IMG/VR virus record: IMGVR_UViG_3300017751_000019
Location: 1-56,405 of that record
Length of the DNA stretch: 56,405 nucleotides
Direction: 5' to 3' (one strand)
From: a virus
Lineage: Duplodnaviria; Caudoviricetes
In this document: in pieces, positions 56,116 to 56,405 of the stretch
Position numbering within the stretch: the stretch's first letter is position 1
How the letters are laid out: each line of letters begins with the position of its first letter
Notes under the pieces: model-generated
Seen by the model: the letters and a program-made list of their open reading frames with translations, nothing else
Databases searched by the model: none
Told to the model about the DNA's origin: nothing
Program-made: the position numbers and the translations under genes

Positions 56116-56405
56116 TTTCTCTCCCACATAGTTTCACGATAAAGGCTTGGATGAGATGAGCGTTTATCTCTAGTTTTTTGGAGATGCACCAACTCTTTTT
56201 TGTTCATAGCCCTTATCTCTGCCGTCTTCTCCATACCCCTCTTAAAAGGTATGGCCTGCGCAATAGGATAGCCCCGAGGCAATAATATGGTCGTCCCTCT
56301 CTGCTTTATGAAGGATGGGAAGTTCACATACTCAAAGTACTTGTCTGTCTCAACGATGCCGCGCATGCACTCGATAATGTTGTTCTCACGGTTGAGAGGG
56401 GGAAC
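56112..56405 (-). CDS. Second DUF6065-like gene copy, 5'-truncated at window edge
   Basis: [26 protein letters not shown]...[10 protein letters not shown] aligns with the C-terminus of 96..800. Confidence 0.85.
   Translation of the reverse strand, partial: VPPLNRENNIIECMRGIVETDKYFEYVNFPSFIKQRGTTILLPRGYPIAQAIPFKRGMEKTAEIRAMNKKELVHLQKTRDKRSSHPSLYRETMWERK

Overview
The window looks like an essentially complete, circularly permuted genome of a temperate, short-tailed (podovirus-type) dsDNA phage, probably aquatic and infecting a proteobacterium (inference). The late/structural region is on the minus strand and appears to continue across the window ends (9.3 kb -> 1, then 56.4 kb -> 31.6 kb). It holds terS/terL, portal, tail fibre, a Gly-Asn-X fibre cassette, scaffold, major capsid, adaptor/nozzle, a GNAT and four ejection proteins, one of them 3141 aa. 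The plus strand carries early genes, a MoxR AAA+/VWA pair, a DenV-like glycosylase, a LuxR-type regulator and a tyrosine integrase. Lysis genes, a primase-helicase and a Sak4/DUF669/Cas4-like module are also present. I recognised no DNA polymerase, RNA polymerase or classical CI repressor. Signals read directly from the DNA: (1) a candidate attP made of the 5' half of tRNA-Ser(GCT) with its own stable-RNA-type sigma70 promoter; (2) a late-promoter motif GGACGAC-N18/19-NANNNT at 8 minus-strand gene boundaries; (3) a palindromic operator TGACACCTTTAGGTGTCA whose half-site also surrounds attP; (4) a four-armed Gly-Asn-X protein in a cassette with a prolyl-hydroxylase-like enzyme, with four 2OG-Fe(II) oxygenases genome-wide; (5) a diverged 389-bp repeat at the two window ends. 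All family names come from motif recognition by eye, not database searches.
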